A stretch of 64,000 bases of DNA. Source: an uncultured Candidatus Saccharibacteria bacterium (GTDB lineage Bacteria > Patescibacteriota > Saccharimonadia > Saccharimonadales > Saccharimonadaceae). Below are positions 8,218 to 17,031 of the stretch, piece by piece. Both the position numbers and the translations under genes were made by a program. How positions within the stretch are numbered: the stretch's first letter is position 1; each line of letters opens with the position of its first letter. The notes beneath the pieces were generated by a model. That model did not search any database and was not told the origin of the DNA. It saw only the letters and a program-made list of their open reading frames with translations. The stretch lies in the NCBI GenBank assembly GCA_937906385.1, contig CALCYQ010000001.1, positions 81,632-145,631 of the forward strand, read 5' to 3'.

Positions 8218-9051
8218 ATGGAAAATTATGTCAGAAAATGTACGATGTTTGCTGTCGCTTGGCTAATTATCGGCATTATCATCTGCCTAAGCGGCTATTT
8301 TCGCGGCAACAAGCTCGTGGCAGCAGCTGACAATCTTGATTCGACGCAACCCGAACTCACTACGGAGAACGTAGCTGCCAGCATCATCCGTCTAGCGGCG
8401 AAAGATGTAACTACAACATTACCGGACGAAGGACGTCCGACTCACGCCAACGCGGTCGAGCCGCCCACCATGGTAACCATCGACAGTTCCACCAAAGTCG
8501 TCGACTTTCCCGGCGAGTCTACAAAGATGGCTCAGTCAAAAGAAGCGGTTTCTGAGAAATCCGAACCGGACGCAGTCGCCGAAGAAATTGTTGAAACCAC
8601 TATTGTCGAAATGCCCGCCTACGGGGTAGAGCCTGAAGTGATGGCTGCGGTCGCAATCGGTAAAGGCCGTTATGCATCAATCACCTTGACTGACGAACAA
8701 AACGAGCTGATGGCCCGCCTTATCTACCACGAATGTCGTGGCATAGGTGGCGCCGCAGTCGCCGAAACGGTTTTTAATCGCATGCTAAGCGGCGAATTCC
8801 CGAACACAATCGAGGACGTAATCTATATGAAAAACGCGTTCTCGCCCTCGGGAATTCTCTGGACGGCCAAAATCGACGAGCCGGATGCGCTGGAGCGTTG
8901 TCGCGAGATTCCGCGAGAGGTGTTAAATTCGGACACCTATCTGCTTCCGTCAACCGACTACTGCTATTTCCATGCCGGCCATGCCACGTTGCAAGGCGAT
9001 TATGAATACGGCGGAAATGTTTTCTACGCCGACTATGCTGCTCATCACTAA
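8218..9051 (+). CDS. Cell wall hydrolase, SleB/Hydrolase_2 family, membrane anchored
   Basis: SD AAGGAGGGG at 8201-8209. N-terminal TM helix. C-terminal LMARLIYHECRGIGGAAVAETVFNRMLSGEFPNTIEDVIY..AFSP matches the SleB-type hydrolase core. Confidence 0.7.
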   Translation: MENYVRKCTMFAVAWLIIGIIICLSGYFRGNKLVAAADNLDSTQPELTTENVAASIIRLAAKDVTTTLPDEGRPTHANAVEPPTMVTIDSSTKVVDFPGESTKMAQSKEAVSEKSEPDAVAEEIVETTIVEMPAYGVEPEVMAAVAIGKGRYASITLTDEQNELMARLIYHECRGIGGAAVAETVFNRMLSGEFPNTIEDVIYMKNAFSPSGILWTAKIDEPDALERCREIPREVLNSDTYLLPSTDYCYFHAGHATLQGDYEYGGNVFYADYAAHH

Positions 9052-9059
9052 GAAAGATA

Positions 9060-9085
9060 CCCGCCACTAATGGCGGGCCTTTTTT
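9060..9085 (+). terminator. Intrinsic terminator
   Basis: cccgcca/tggcggg stem, ctaa loop, then a T6 run. Confidence 0.7.
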
Positions 9086-9111
9086 CATGCGTCAGATGAT
9101 ATAATAAAGCC

Positions 9112-9690
9112 ATGATTGCACACGTCCGTGGCCAAGTGGCCGAAAAATTTGCCAACTCTGTCATTATTGACGTCCAAGGTGTCGGCTACGAGGTGACTCT
9201 TACGGCCATCGATTTCGACACGCTTAGTCTTGAAGATACCGTCAAGCTTTACACTTATCACCACATTCGCGAGCAGGCCGAAGAATTATTCGGCTTCACT
9301 AGCCTCGCCGCCAAAAAACTCTTTGAACTTTTAATTTCCGTGCAGGGTATTGGCCCAAAGGCCGCCATGGCCATCCTGAGCCTCGCGCCAGTCGAAGAAG
9401 TGCGTAACGCCATCGCGAACGCCGACGCGGGCTACGTTTCCAAAGCCGCCGGTGTGGGCAAAAAATCCGCCGAGCGCGTGATTGTTGACTTGCGCGACAA
9501 AGTCGGCTTGCCAACTTATTATGGCCGCAAAACTGAGCCAGAGCGAGGCGCCATCCCAATGAACGACGAAGCGCTCGATGCGCTGATGGCCCTCGGATTT
9601 ACGCTCGTCGACGCCACAAAGGCCCTGGAAGGCGTCAATAATCAACTTTCGGTCGAGGAACGCATTAGAGAAGCTCTCAAGAGTCGCTAG
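9112..9690 (+). CDS. ruvA: Holliday junction DNA helicase subunit RuvA
   Basis: MIAHVRGQV..VIIDVQGVGYEV start, HhH motifs (GIGPKAAMAIL, GVGKKSAERV), C-terminal domain III. Leaderless geometry: TATAAT 9100-9105, ATG 9112. Confidence 0.9.
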   Translation: MIAHVRGQVAEKFANSVIIDVQGVGYEVTLTAIDFDTLSLEDTVKLYTYHHIREQAEELFGFTSLAAKKLFELLISVQGIGPKAAMAILSLAPVEEVRNAIANADAGYVSKAAGVGKKSAERVIVDLRDKVGLPTYYGRKTEPERGAIPMNDEALDALMALGFTLVDATKALEGVNNQLSVEERIREALKSR

Positions 9691-9709
9691 GGGTAGAAAA
9701 AGTTTATGC

Positions 9710-9738
9710 TTGTCTTAGACAGCATTCTTTGCTAAAAT
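9710..9738 (+). promoter_or_regulatory. Sigma70-type promoter of an orphan small transcript
   Basis: TTGTCT (9710-9715), 17 nt, TGcTAAAAT (-10 at 9733-9738). Confidence 0.5.
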
Positions 9739-9744
9739 CTTAAT

Positions 9745-9923
9745 CACTGTGTTCGGATCCGCATATCGGATTTTGGGGAAAATGTCGTAAGAACACAGGT
9801 CATTACTAAGCAGGAGAACACCATGAAAAAGCGTACTCGCAAGGGGACGCTCCGAGTGGATACACTTCGGTGGAATGAATACATCGAAATGTAAGCAAAA
9901 ATCCCGATTTCTCGGGATTTTTT
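9745..9923 (+). ncRNA. Candidate small structured transcript (nested hairpins plus 23-codon ORF plus terminator)
   Basis: Outer stem ctgtgttc (9747-9754) pairs with gaacacag (9791-9798). Inner hairpin ggatccg-catat-cggattt. The transcript ends at terminator atcccga/tcgggat (9901-9918) plus T5. No listed ORF explains the region. Confidence 0.4.
9823..9894 (+). CDS. Possible 23-aa small protein or leader peptide (MKKRTRKGTLRVDTLRWNEYIEM)
   Basis: AGGAGA at 9812-9817 lies 5 nt upstream of the ATG. The stop lies 3 nt before the terminator A-run. Not recognised as any ribosomal or other known small protein. Confidence 0.3.
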   Translation: MKKRTRKGTLRVDTLRWNEYIEM

Positions 9924-9937
9924 GATGCTCTTGCGAA

Positions 9938-10681
9938 TTACTCCTCGGATTCTTCTTCGGTTTCGAGCGGGCCGGTCTTTTCGCCAACCTTTTCAAGCTC
10001 CGCATCGAGCTTGTCGGAGATGCGTTTCATCACGTCGTCGAACGAACCCTCGGAAATATCAATCGCCTCGCCGTTAATATAAATCGCTGGCGTCGCGTTG
10101 ACTTTATCTACATTGCGGCCAATGCCGTAATCAAAATTCACTTTTTTCTCAATGTTGCCGTCGCTCATGTCGCCACGGAATTTCATCTCGTCGCCTTCCG
10201 GTGCGACTTCCTTAAATAATCGCGCGAAAATATCCGTGCGCGTGTTGCCGGAAGCCTCAATCCAATCGTTGCGGTTGCTATATAGCGTCTCGAGCATTTC
10301 CCAGTAATAGCCCTGGAAACCGGCGCTTTCGCAAGCCGCCGCTGCTGCGCGGGCGTTTTGGTGGCCGTTAATCGGGAAGTTGCGGAATACAAATGCGACG
10401 CGGTCGCCATATTGCGTGTAGAGCTTGGTCATGCGTGGCATCATCGTCGCGCAGCCCGGGCATTGCACATCGGCGTATTCCACGACGATTACTTTCGAGT
10501 CGGCCTTGCCGCGCACATGCTCGTCGATGCCGCCGTTATCTTCGTTGCCGTTAATAATTTCTGCGGAATTATATTTGCTATAGTCTGTGGTTGAGTCAGA
10601 AGATCTGAGTGTGGACCAGGCTACTAATCCACCAAAACAGGCCACGATGAAAACGATAGCCACTACTGTAAACTTATTCAT
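9938..10681 (-). CDS. DsbA-family thiol:disulfide oxidoreductase, membrane anchored
   Basis: N-terminal TM helix and thioredoxin fold with a CPGC active site (VVEYADVQCPGCATMMP). Confidence 0.8.
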   Translation of the reverse strand: MNKFTVVAIVFIVACFGGLVAWSTLRSSDSTTDYSKYNSAEIINGNEDNGGIDEHVRGKADSKVIVVEYADVQCPGCATMMPRMTKLYTQYGDRVAFVFRNFPINGHQNARAAAAACESAGFQGYYWEMLETLYSNRNDWIEASGNTRTDIFARLFKEVAPEGDEMKFRGDMSDGNIEKKVNFDYGIGRNVDKVNATPAIYINGEAIDISEGSFDDVMKRISDKLDAELEKVGEKTGPLETEEESEE

Positions 10682-10695
10682 GCTAAAATTATAGC

Positions 10696-11340
10696 ATGAC
10701 GAAGAACTTCTTTCAGAAGCTCATGACCAAGATGGTGGTGGCTCTTGATCCGAAGCTTGAAAAATATCGCCCACCGAAAAAGGTGAAACCTTTTCGGCCG
10801 GAAACCGAACAAGAACTTGTGGCCGTCCTAAAACGCACGCCCAAAGATGTCTTGCCAGATGATAAACGTAATCTCATTGCTGGTGCGATGTCTTTTGATA
10901 AAATTCCCGTTTCTAGTGTAATGGTGCCGAAAAAAGACATGATGTTCCTGCACGAAGGCGATTTTCTTGGCCCGCTATTGCTCGATAAGCTCTACAAAAC
11001 CGGTGCTGATTGTTTCCCAGTACTCGGCGCAGACAAGCAAGTCTGCGGCCTTGTCTATACGGATGAAATCGATCCGCTCAAAATCGAGGAAGACCAGCCG
11101 ATTGATAAATTCATTCAGCGCAAGGTGGCTTTTGTGCGCGGCGATTATTCGCTCGAAATGGTCATATCCACGTTTCTACGTATGCATACGGATTATTGCA
11201 TCGTCCTCGACAAGGAAATGGAAATTCAAGGCTGCCTCACGCTCGGCGACGTCACGACGCTGCTATTTAATCGCGAAATTACCGACTCTTTCGACTCTGA
11301 CGCCAGTCCATTTGCGGTCGCACACCGCACCCAAAAATAA
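10696..11340 (+). CDS. CBS-pair domain protein (CorC/TlyC-like core without membrane domain)
   Basis: Motifs ..IAGAMSFDKIPVSSVMVPKKDMMFL.. and a second CBS-like segment. Leaderless geometry: TGcTAAAAT 10681-10689, ATG 10696. Confidence 0.55.
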   Translation: MTKNFFQKLMTKMVVALDPKLEKYRPPKKVKPFRPETEQELVAVLKRTPKDVLPDDKRNLIAGAMSFDKIPVSSVMVPKKDMMFLHEGDFLGPLLLDKLYKTGADCFPVLGADKQVCGLVYTDEIDPLKIEEDQPIDKFIQRKVAFVRGDYSLEMVISTFLRMHTDYCIVLDKEMEIQGCLTLGDVTTLLFNREITDSFDSDASPFAVAHRTQK

Positions 11341-11363
11341 TCCGCTTATGCTAAAATAAAGAT

Positions 11364-12311
11364 ATGATGTGGGCCATCTTTCCGATTTTTGCATCGATTT
11401 TCTACTGCGTAGGCAGCTACATTCAAAATTATTTGACCGACACCGCCTTGCCAAAAAAGCGTGCCGGCTCGCTTGCAGTGATGCATATCATCAGCTTTGC
11501 GGTGTCGCTGCTGATTTTGTTCGCAGTTTTCGGCCGTGCCGTCATGGTGATTCCGCTCGACCACGCGCTCGGCTTGATTTTAGCCGGCATAATCAACGTA
11601 ATTGGCGCTGTTTATTATTACAAGGCCATTCAAAAAGGTGACAACATCGATATTGTGGTGTTTGGCCAAGTGGCGCCACTTATTTCCATCGGCCTCGGCG
11701 TATTCTTGCTCGGCGAAATTATTACCGTCAATCAGGCGCTCGGTTTTCTGTTCATGATTGGCGCATCAGCGCTCGTAGTTTTTGGTAATCAAACCAAAAG
11801 CGAAAAGCAAAAGCCAAACTTCGGCGTCGCCATTATTACAATTATTTATTGTTTCTTCTCAGTTTTGTCGGACATCGTTTATGCGATGTTTATTTCCGAA
11901 GGTCCGGCTACTATTATTAGCTTCGCGCAGGGCTTTTTCTATTTCCAGCTTGGCTCGCTGCTAGCGGCTTTGCTTGGTTTTATTATGTTTCCAACTTGGC
12001 GTCATGCCGTCCGCACCACCTTCTTTACGGGCAAAAAACACAAATTACATTTTGCAGCTGAACTTGCCGACAATTTAATGCTTCTTGGCGGGGAAATCCT
12101 CTATAAATTTGGCCTCGTCATTGCGCCAGTCGTATCGCTAGTGTCGCCAATTGGTCGCGTCGCCAGCTTGTTCTCCAACTTTATTATCACGTTGTGTTTT
12201 GGTCGCGTCTTCCCGAAGTTTATCCGCGCCAAACGTTTTACCAGGCGTATGATTCTCAATTATATCGTTGCCGCCATCTTGATTGTGGTCGGTATCGTCA
12301 TGATGAATTAG
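11364..12311 (+). CDS. EamA/DMT-superfamily transporter
   Basis: About 10 TM helices in two similar halves, 315 aa. Leaderless geometry: TAAAAT 11352-11357. Confidence 0.55.
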   Translation: MMWAIFPIFASIFYCVGSYIQNYLTDTALPKKRAGSLAVMHIISFAVSLLILFAVFGRAVMVIPLDHALGLILAGIINVIGAVYYYKAIQKGDNIDIVVFGQVAPLISIGLGVFLLGEIITVNQALGFLFMIGASALVVFGNQTKSEKQKPNFGVAIITIIYCFFSVLSDIVYAMFISEGPATIISFAQGFFYFQLGSLLAALLGFIMFPTWRHAVRTTFFTGKKHKLHFAAELADNLMLLGGEILYKFGLVIAPVVSLVSPIGRVASLFSNFIITLCFGRVFPKFIRAKRFTRRMILNYIVAAILIVVGIVMMN

Positions 12312-12352
12312 CACTCTTGACCCCACGACTGCTAAACGCTATACTATAATGC

Positions 12353-13249
12353 ATGAGTAAAAGAGACTATTATGAAGTTCTCGGCGTCAAAAAAGACGCA
12401 TCTGATGATGAGATTAAAAAGGCTTTTCGTAAGCTTGCAATCAAATATCATCCGGACAAAAATCCGGGCAACAAGGAAGCTGAAGAGAAGTTCAAGGAAG
12501 CCAATGAAGCCTATTCGGTTTTGAGCGACAAGACCAAGCGCCAGCGCTACGACCAATTCGGTCATGCCGGCGTAGGTAGCAGTGCGGCGGGTGGCCCTGG
12601 CGGCAATCCGTTTGGCGGCGGCTTCGATTTCAACGGTCAATCTTTCAATTTCGATTTTGGTGGCGCTGGCTTTGGTGGCCTCGACGATATTCTTGGCGCA
12701 ATGTTTGGTGGCGGTTTCCGCGGCGTGCGCCGTGGTCGTGATTTGCGCACCTCGGTCACGATTGATTTTAAAGAAGCAATTTTTGGTACCACTAAAAACA
12801 TCTCCGTTGACGGTGAAAGTATTAAGCTTAAAATCCCAGCCGGCATTTGGGACGGCCAGCAGATTCGTTTAAGCGGCAAAGGCGGTCCGGCGCCAGAGGG
12901 TGGCCAACGTGGCGATCTTTATGTTGAAGTCCGCGTGCGCGCTCACAAGACCCTCACGCGCGAAGGTGACCTTATTCTTTCGGAGGTTACAATTCCGATG
13001 GTTGACGCCGTGCTCGGCACGGAGGTTGACGTTGAAACCGTAGATGGCGTCGTCACGATGAAAGTCCCTGCCGGCACTCAGCCAGGCACAAACTTCAAGC
13101 TTTCCGGCCATGGCGCGCCAACCCTCCGCAACTCCGAGCGCGGCCCGCATATCGTCACGGTGAATGTAGAAATTCCGCGCAATCTCAGTCGCAAACAAAA
13201 GGAAATCATCGAGGAATTCGCCCGCACCAAGCGCGGCATCTTCGGCTAA
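12353..13249 (+). CDS. J-domain co-chaperone, class II (DnaJ/CbpA-like, no zinc-finger domain)
   Basis: J domain with HPD ([17 protein letters not shown]), G/F-rich linker, two C-terminal beta domains. The protein contains no Cys at all, so the CxxCxGxG repeats are absent. Confidence 0.85.
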   Translation: MSKRDYYEVLGVKKDASDDEIKKAFRKLAIKYHPDKNPGNKEAEEKFKEANEAYSVLSDKTKRQRYDQFGHAGVGSSAAGGPGGNPFGGGFDFNGQSFNFDFGGAGFGGLDDILGAMFGGGFRGVRRGRDLRTSVTIDFKEAIFGTTKNISVDGESIKLKIPAGIWDGQQIRLSGKGGPAPEGGQRGDLYVEVRVRAHKTLTREGDLILSEVTIPMVDAVLGTEVDVETVDGVVTMKVPAGTQPGTNFKLSGHGAPTLRNSERGPHIVTVNVEIPRNLSRKQKEIIEEFARTKRGIFG

Positions 13250-13279
13250 AATTTCTCATCGTGCTATAGTTTAAATAGT

Positions 13280-13897
13280 ATGAATGAGCATAGTGCATCG
13301 CCGACTTTAGAGCAAAGCCAACAACAACTAGAATATCCCCCAGTCAAGGAAGAGAAACCCGGTTATCACATCAAAAAGGGCGCCCTAATTGCGGCGGCGA
13401 TTTTTGCCATCGTTGGTATCTGTCTCTATTTTGTTTTCAATACGCAAATAGGCGGCGGTATCGACAGAAATAAATATTCCGCCCAAACGCGTGCTAAATA
13501 TACCGGTATCCCACAATGTGCGTCTGGCGAAGGCGGCACTTGTACTATCACTTACGAATATGAAGTCGACGGCAAAACCTATACTAAAACTTTTTATAAT
13601 CTCGATGGCTATGATTTGCTGAATTCGAACGACGCCAAGATTTATTACAACCCAAATGATCCAAACGATGCTTCTTTAGCACCAAATACCCTCAATCCGG
13701 ACAATGCCATCAAAAACTATTATGGCGGCCAATTTAAATCCATCGGAATCGCGCTAATCGGTTTTGGCGTTTTGTTGCTCATTGACGCTTTTGTCGGCTA
13801 CTACATTGACACTTTCCACAAGAATATTAATAAAAAGCTGCAAGAAGCCGCCGACAAATCCGTCGAATCGAAAAAAGGCCAAAATGGAACAGCGTGA
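13280..13897 (+). CDS. DUF3592-like membrane protein
   Basis: TM helix, small beta domain (TITYEYEVDGKTYTKTFYNL..IYYNPNDPNDA), then TM helices, as in DUF3592. Confidence 0.45.
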   Translation: MNEHSASPTLEQSQQQLEYPPVKEEKPGYHIKKGALIAAAIFAIVGICLYFVFNTQIGGGIDRNKYSAQTRAKYTGIPQCASGEGGTCTITYEYEVDGKTYTKTFYNLDGYDLLNSNDAKIYYNPNDPNDASLAPNTLNPDNAIKNYYGGQFKSIGIALIGFGVLLLIDAFVGYYIDTFHKNINKKLQEAADKSVESKKGQNGTA

Positions 13898-14405
13898 TTT
13901 ATTCGACAAAAATCGTCAGCCGCTCGGCAAAACCATTACGGCCGGCGAGCGCATTCCGCCAGATAGTTACATCGTTGTCGTGATGATTATTATCCAGAAT
14001 TCGCAGGGCGATTTTCTGATTCAAAAACGCGCCAAAAACAAATCTTTCGGGAATATGTATGGCCTAACTGGCGGCCATCCTAAAGCTGGCGAGACTAGCC
14101 CAGAAGGCGCCGCTACTGAACTTACCGAAGAGCTCGGCATCAAAATTGCACCAGAAAAACTGAAACTAATTTGCGCGCGTCGTATCGATGCAGAACGCGT
14201 TTTTTCGGACATTTATTATCTTCAAATTGACGTCGCGCTAGATGGGCTCAAACTCCAGCCCGAAGAAGTCGATTCCGCCTATTGGTTTAATCTTTATCGC
14301 ATTCGCGAGGAATATAACGAAGGGCATTTCGTGCCGCCGCACTACGAAGAACTTACGAATGCCTTGCGTTACGGCGTTATTGATGTGAGCAAAGTTGCAA
14401 AATAA
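13884..14405 (+). CDS. NUDIX hydrolase
   Basis: Nudix box GGHPKAGETSPEGAATELTEELGI. Start moved to the in-frame ATG at 13884 (MEQRDLF), giving a 14-nt overlap with the upstream gene. Confidence 0.8.
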   Translation: MEQRDLFDKNRQPLGKTITAGERIPPDSYIVVVMIIIQNSQGDFLIQKRAKNKSFGNMYGLTGGHPKAGETSPEGAATELTEELGIKIAPEKLKLICARRIDAERVFSDIYYLQIDVALDGLKLQPEEVDSAYWFNLYRIREEYNEGHFVPPHYEELTNALRYGVIDVSKVAK

Positions 14406-14449
14406 CATACTATGGTATAATAAACATAAGCAAAACAAGGAAAACTAAT

Positions 14450-15211
14450 ATGGAAAATCAAACCGATTTTACTCAGGGCCAGCAACAAGGTCAAATGGGC
14501 CGCGAGCAACAAGCCTTCCAACAACAAGCACAGCAAGGTCAACAGCAACAACAGGGTCGCGGTCGCGGTGCGCTCGTGGCACTCGCAGTGATCGGCTTAC
14601 TCGTGGGCATCGGTGGCGCCGGTTTTGGCGTTTATGCGATGACGCAAAAAGATGCAAAGCCAGCCAATCTCGCCGTTAAAATCGAAAAATCCGACGGTAG
14701 CATCGTTGAGCTCGAAACGGACCAAATCAAGAAATCTGACGATGGTGCTACGATTACTATTTCCGACTCAATAGGCACATCCGAGAAATATATTTATCTT
14801 GATGGCTATGATCTCGGTCTCAAAATTCCGAGTGACACCAAGATGGACTACGTCCAGTACGAATATCGCCAATTCGCTGGTGGCCCGAACTATTCTTATC
14901 TCAGCATTGGCGGCGCTACTAAGAAGGAGGGCGCTCAAGCCGTCCCTAGCTTTGTCGCGCAAGGTGACGACACGGATAATAAGCCACTTGCTTTCATTGA
15001 AATCTGCCGCAACGGCGTTGATTATTCCGAAGACGGCGCAAATTGGGTTTGCGCGGGCGATCCCGTCTATTCCAACGATACAATTTCAATTTACTATGTC
15101 AGTCCACAGTCCGTTTCTTCAGTAGATAAGGACACAGCAGATTGGGAAGTAGAGACCGCGAACGCCATCAAAGAATGGGTTTCCAACAAAGACAACTACA
15201 TCGCTTTATAA
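14450..15211 (+). CDS. Hypothetical membrane-anchored protein with Gln-rich N-terminus
   Basis: Q-rich cytoplasmic head (QQQGQMGREQQAFQQQAQQGQQQQQ), one TM helix, extracytoplasmic domain. SD AAGGAAAA upstream. Confidence 0.5.
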   Translation: MENQTDFTQGQQQGQMGREQQAFQQQAQQGQQQQQGRGRGALVALAVIGLLVGIGGAGFGVYAMTQKDAKPANLAVKIEKSDGSIVELETDQIKKSDDGATITISDSIGTSEKYIYLDGYDLGLKIPSDTKMDYVQYEYRQFAGGPNYSYLSIGGATKKEGAQAVPSFVAQGDDTDNKPLAFIEICRNGVDYSEDGANWVCAGDPVYSNDTISIYYVSPQSVSSVDKDTADWEVETANAIKEWVSNKDNYIAL

Positions 15212-15222
15212 AATTACAAAAA

Positions 15223-15248
15223 TACCCCCGCTGAGGGGGTATTTTTTT
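15223..15248. terminator. Bidirectional intrinsic terminator
   Basis: taccccc/gggggta stem with gctga loop, A-run on the left and T7 on the right. Lies between convergent genes. Confidence 0.75.
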
Positions 15249-16248
15249 ATTCCAAACCTAAGTGTTTTTTCGCAAGGTCTGTCACGACGCGTCCGCGTGG
15301 CGTGCGCTGCAACATGCCAAGCTGAATCAAAAACGGCTCTAAATAATCTTCAATCGTCGAGGCTTCGTCGCCGGTTAGTGCTGCAATTGTATTTAGGCCG
15401 ACTGGTTTATCGCCGTATTTCTCAATCATCAATGTGAGCATGTTGCGGTCGGCCGGATCCAGGCCGAGCTCGTCAATCTCCAGCATGTCGAGCGCCTTTT
15501 TGGCGGTCGGCACATCTACGATACCATCACCATTCACGTCGGCGTAATCGCGCACACGCTTCAAAAGCCTGTTCGCGATGCGCGGCGTCAGGCGTGAGCG
15601 GGTGGCTAGCAACCTTGCGGCATCCGCGTCAATTTTAGTATCCAAAATCTTGGCCGAGCGCTCGATGATTTGCTGTATATCGCCATCGGCATAATACTCC
15701 AAGCGGTACGAATGACCAAAGCGATCGCGTAGCGGCCCAGCCAAATTGCCGGCTTGTGTGGTGGCGCCAATCAAAGTAAAGCGGGGAAGGTCGAGCTTCA
15801 CGCTGCGCGCGGCCGGTCCTTTACCAATCACGATATCAAGCTTGTAATCTTCCATCGCGGAGTAAAGAATCTCCTCCACGGCGCGGCGCAAACGATGAAT
15901 CTCGTCAATAAATAAAATGTCGCCATCGGTCAAGTTTGTCAGGATACTAGCAAGGTCGCCAGCTTTCTCAATCGACGGGGCAGAAGTAGCACGAAAATTT
16001 GCATTCATCTCGTGCGCAATCACGCCGGCCATAGTAGTCTTGCCAAGGCCTGGCGGACCATACAGAAGCACGTGATCCATTACATCGCCGCGTTTTTTCG
16101 CGGCATCAATCGCGAGCTTCAAATTAGTCTTCAAACGACGCTGGCCAATATATTCGTCAAAATTAGTCGGGCGCAGAGAAAACTCAACGGCACGTTCTTC
16201 GTTGTCGTCTTCGTGTAGACTGGTATCAATCACCCTCTCGATAGCCAT
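15247..16248 (-). CDS. ruvB: Holliday junction DNA helicase RuvB
   Basis: AAA+ Walker A (GPPGLGKTT), Walker B ([10 protein letters not shown]), RuvB C-terminal winged helix. Leaderless geometry on the minus strand: TGcTATAAT is the complement of 16255-16263, ATG at 16248. Confidence 0.95.
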   Translation of the reverse strand: MAIERVIDTSLHEDDNEERAVEFSLRPTNFDEYIGQRRLKTNLKLAIDAAKKRGDVMDHVLLYGPPGLGKTTMAGVIAHEMNANFRATSAPSIEKAGDLASILTNLTDGDILFIDEIHRLRRAVEEILYSAMEDYKLDIVIGKGPAARSVKLDLPRFTLIGATTQAGNLAGPLRDRFGHSYRLEYYADGDIQQIIERSAKILDTKIDADAARLLATRSRLTPRIANRLLKRVRDYADVNGDGIVDVPTAKKALDMLEIDELGLDPADRNMLTLMIEKYGDKPVGLNTIAALTGDEASTIEDYLEPFLIQLGMLQRTPRGRVVTDLAKKHLGLE

Positions 16249-16282
16249 ATCTGTATTATAGCACCTATGGTATAATAACTTA

Positions 16283-16349
16283 CAGAGGGATAGCTCTAGA
16301 AACTATCCCGATGGTTTGGATGAGTTAGCCTTTAGCTAACTCATTTTTT
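16283..16349 (+). ncRNA. sRNA unit 1 of a four-copy family (candidate antisense/antitoxin RNA)
   Basis: TGgTATAAT 16268-16276. Hairpin gggatag-CTCTAGAAA-ctatccc 16287-16309. Linker GATGGTTTGG. Terminator atgagttagc/gctaactcat plus T6 ending at 16349. The 5' end is predicted, not mapped. Confidence 0.55.
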
Positions 16350-16415
16350 CTAAACAAACCGGATACGGATTCGTAACTCCACTATCCACACTCGAATAGT
16401 AATCGTCACGTTCAT
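16350..16415 (-). CDS. Mini-ORF 1, 21 aa (MNVTITIRVWIVELRIRIRFV), candidate type I toxin-like peptide
   Basis: SD GAGGAAGG immediately upstream. The stop abuts the sRNA-1 terminator. Homologous to mini-ORFs 2 and 4, with synonymous codon differences. Confidence 0.45.
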   Translation of the reverse strand: MNVTITIRVWIVELRIRIRFV

Positions 16416-16587
16416 CCTTCCTCAGAGCGTCTAGTTATCTAGAATCCTGTTCATTGAAGCTCTGCGAGCTCAACAACAACTTCAATGCCAGCCCAAACCA
16501 TTAAGACACCATGCGGTGCGTTTCTGACTATATAGTCAATTACAAAACCGACAAGCATAAGTGCAATGGTTTTGGTATAATAGCATT

Positions 16588-16658
16588 AATGAGCGCAACT
16601 CTAGAAATTACGCTCGATGGTTTGGTTCGTCGCTATTTAATTAGCGACGAATTTTTTT
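16588..16658 (+). ncRNA. sRNA unit 2
   Basis: TGgTATAAT 16573-16581. Hairpin gagcgcaa-CTCTAGAAA-ttacgctc 16591-16615. Linker GATGGTTTGG. Terminator ttcgtcgcta/tagcgacgaa plus T7. Confidence 0.55.
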
Positions 16659-16721
16659 GAATTTCGGAAATCGAATTCCAAACTCCACACTGACGCCTAG
16701 GATAATTATCCGTACGCTCAT
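16641..16721 (-). CDS. Mini-ORF 2, 26 aa (MSVRIIILGVSVEFGIRFPKFKKIRR)
   Basis: SD GGAGGAA (complement of 16731-16737). The last 6 codons run through the sRNA-2 terminator hairpin. Confidence 0.45.
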   Translation of the reverse strand: MSVRIIILGVSVEFGIRFPKFKKIRR

Positions 16722-16898
16722 GTAAAGCACTTCCTCCGAGACCTCTAGCTATCTAGAATTACCGTTCAATGAAGCCTCAGCGAGCCGGGTTTCATTTGCG
16801 AATCGCAGGAACATTCAAACGGAGCAAACCTCAACCCCGAGCGAAAAGCTACCGTCAATCAATCGACAGCACAAGCATAAATACGATATAATATTATC

Positions 16899-16963
16899 AT
16901 TGAGAATAGCTCTAGAAACTATCCTCGGGTTGTTTTAGTTAGCCGTTACCGGCTAACTTTTTT
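16899..16963 (+). ncRNA. sRNA unit 3 (partner ORF deleted)
   Basis: TATAAT 16887-16892. Hairpin gagaatag-CTCTAGAAA-ctatcctc 16902-16926. Linker GGGTTGTTTT. Terminator agttagccg/cggctaact plus T5. Confidence 0.5.
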
Positions 16964-17031
16964 CGGCTTACGCACGAATCGAATTTCGGATTTCAACTAA
17001 GCATAAGTTCAAGATTTGGTATAATAACATT

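Noticed and set aside
8136-8330. 64-aa ORF upstream of and overlapping the SleB-like gene start.
   Set aside because: It lies across the TTGACA/TAAAAT promoter and the SD of the real gene. It has no signals of its own.
9715-10005. 96-aa minus-strand ORF overlapping the dsbA-like 3' end and the intergenic terminator.
   Set aside because: It runs through a bidirectional terminator and the promoter of the small + strand unit. Its sequence is Arg/Lys/Ser-rich and shows no motif.
16311-16640. Tiny frames starting at the ATG of the GATGGTTTGG linker inside the sRNAs (MVWMS*, MVWFVAI*).
   Set aside because: The ATG is absent in unit 3 and the frame is not conserved in unit 4. There is no SD, and the peptides are only 5-7 aa. 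The motif is better explained as an RNA pairing element.
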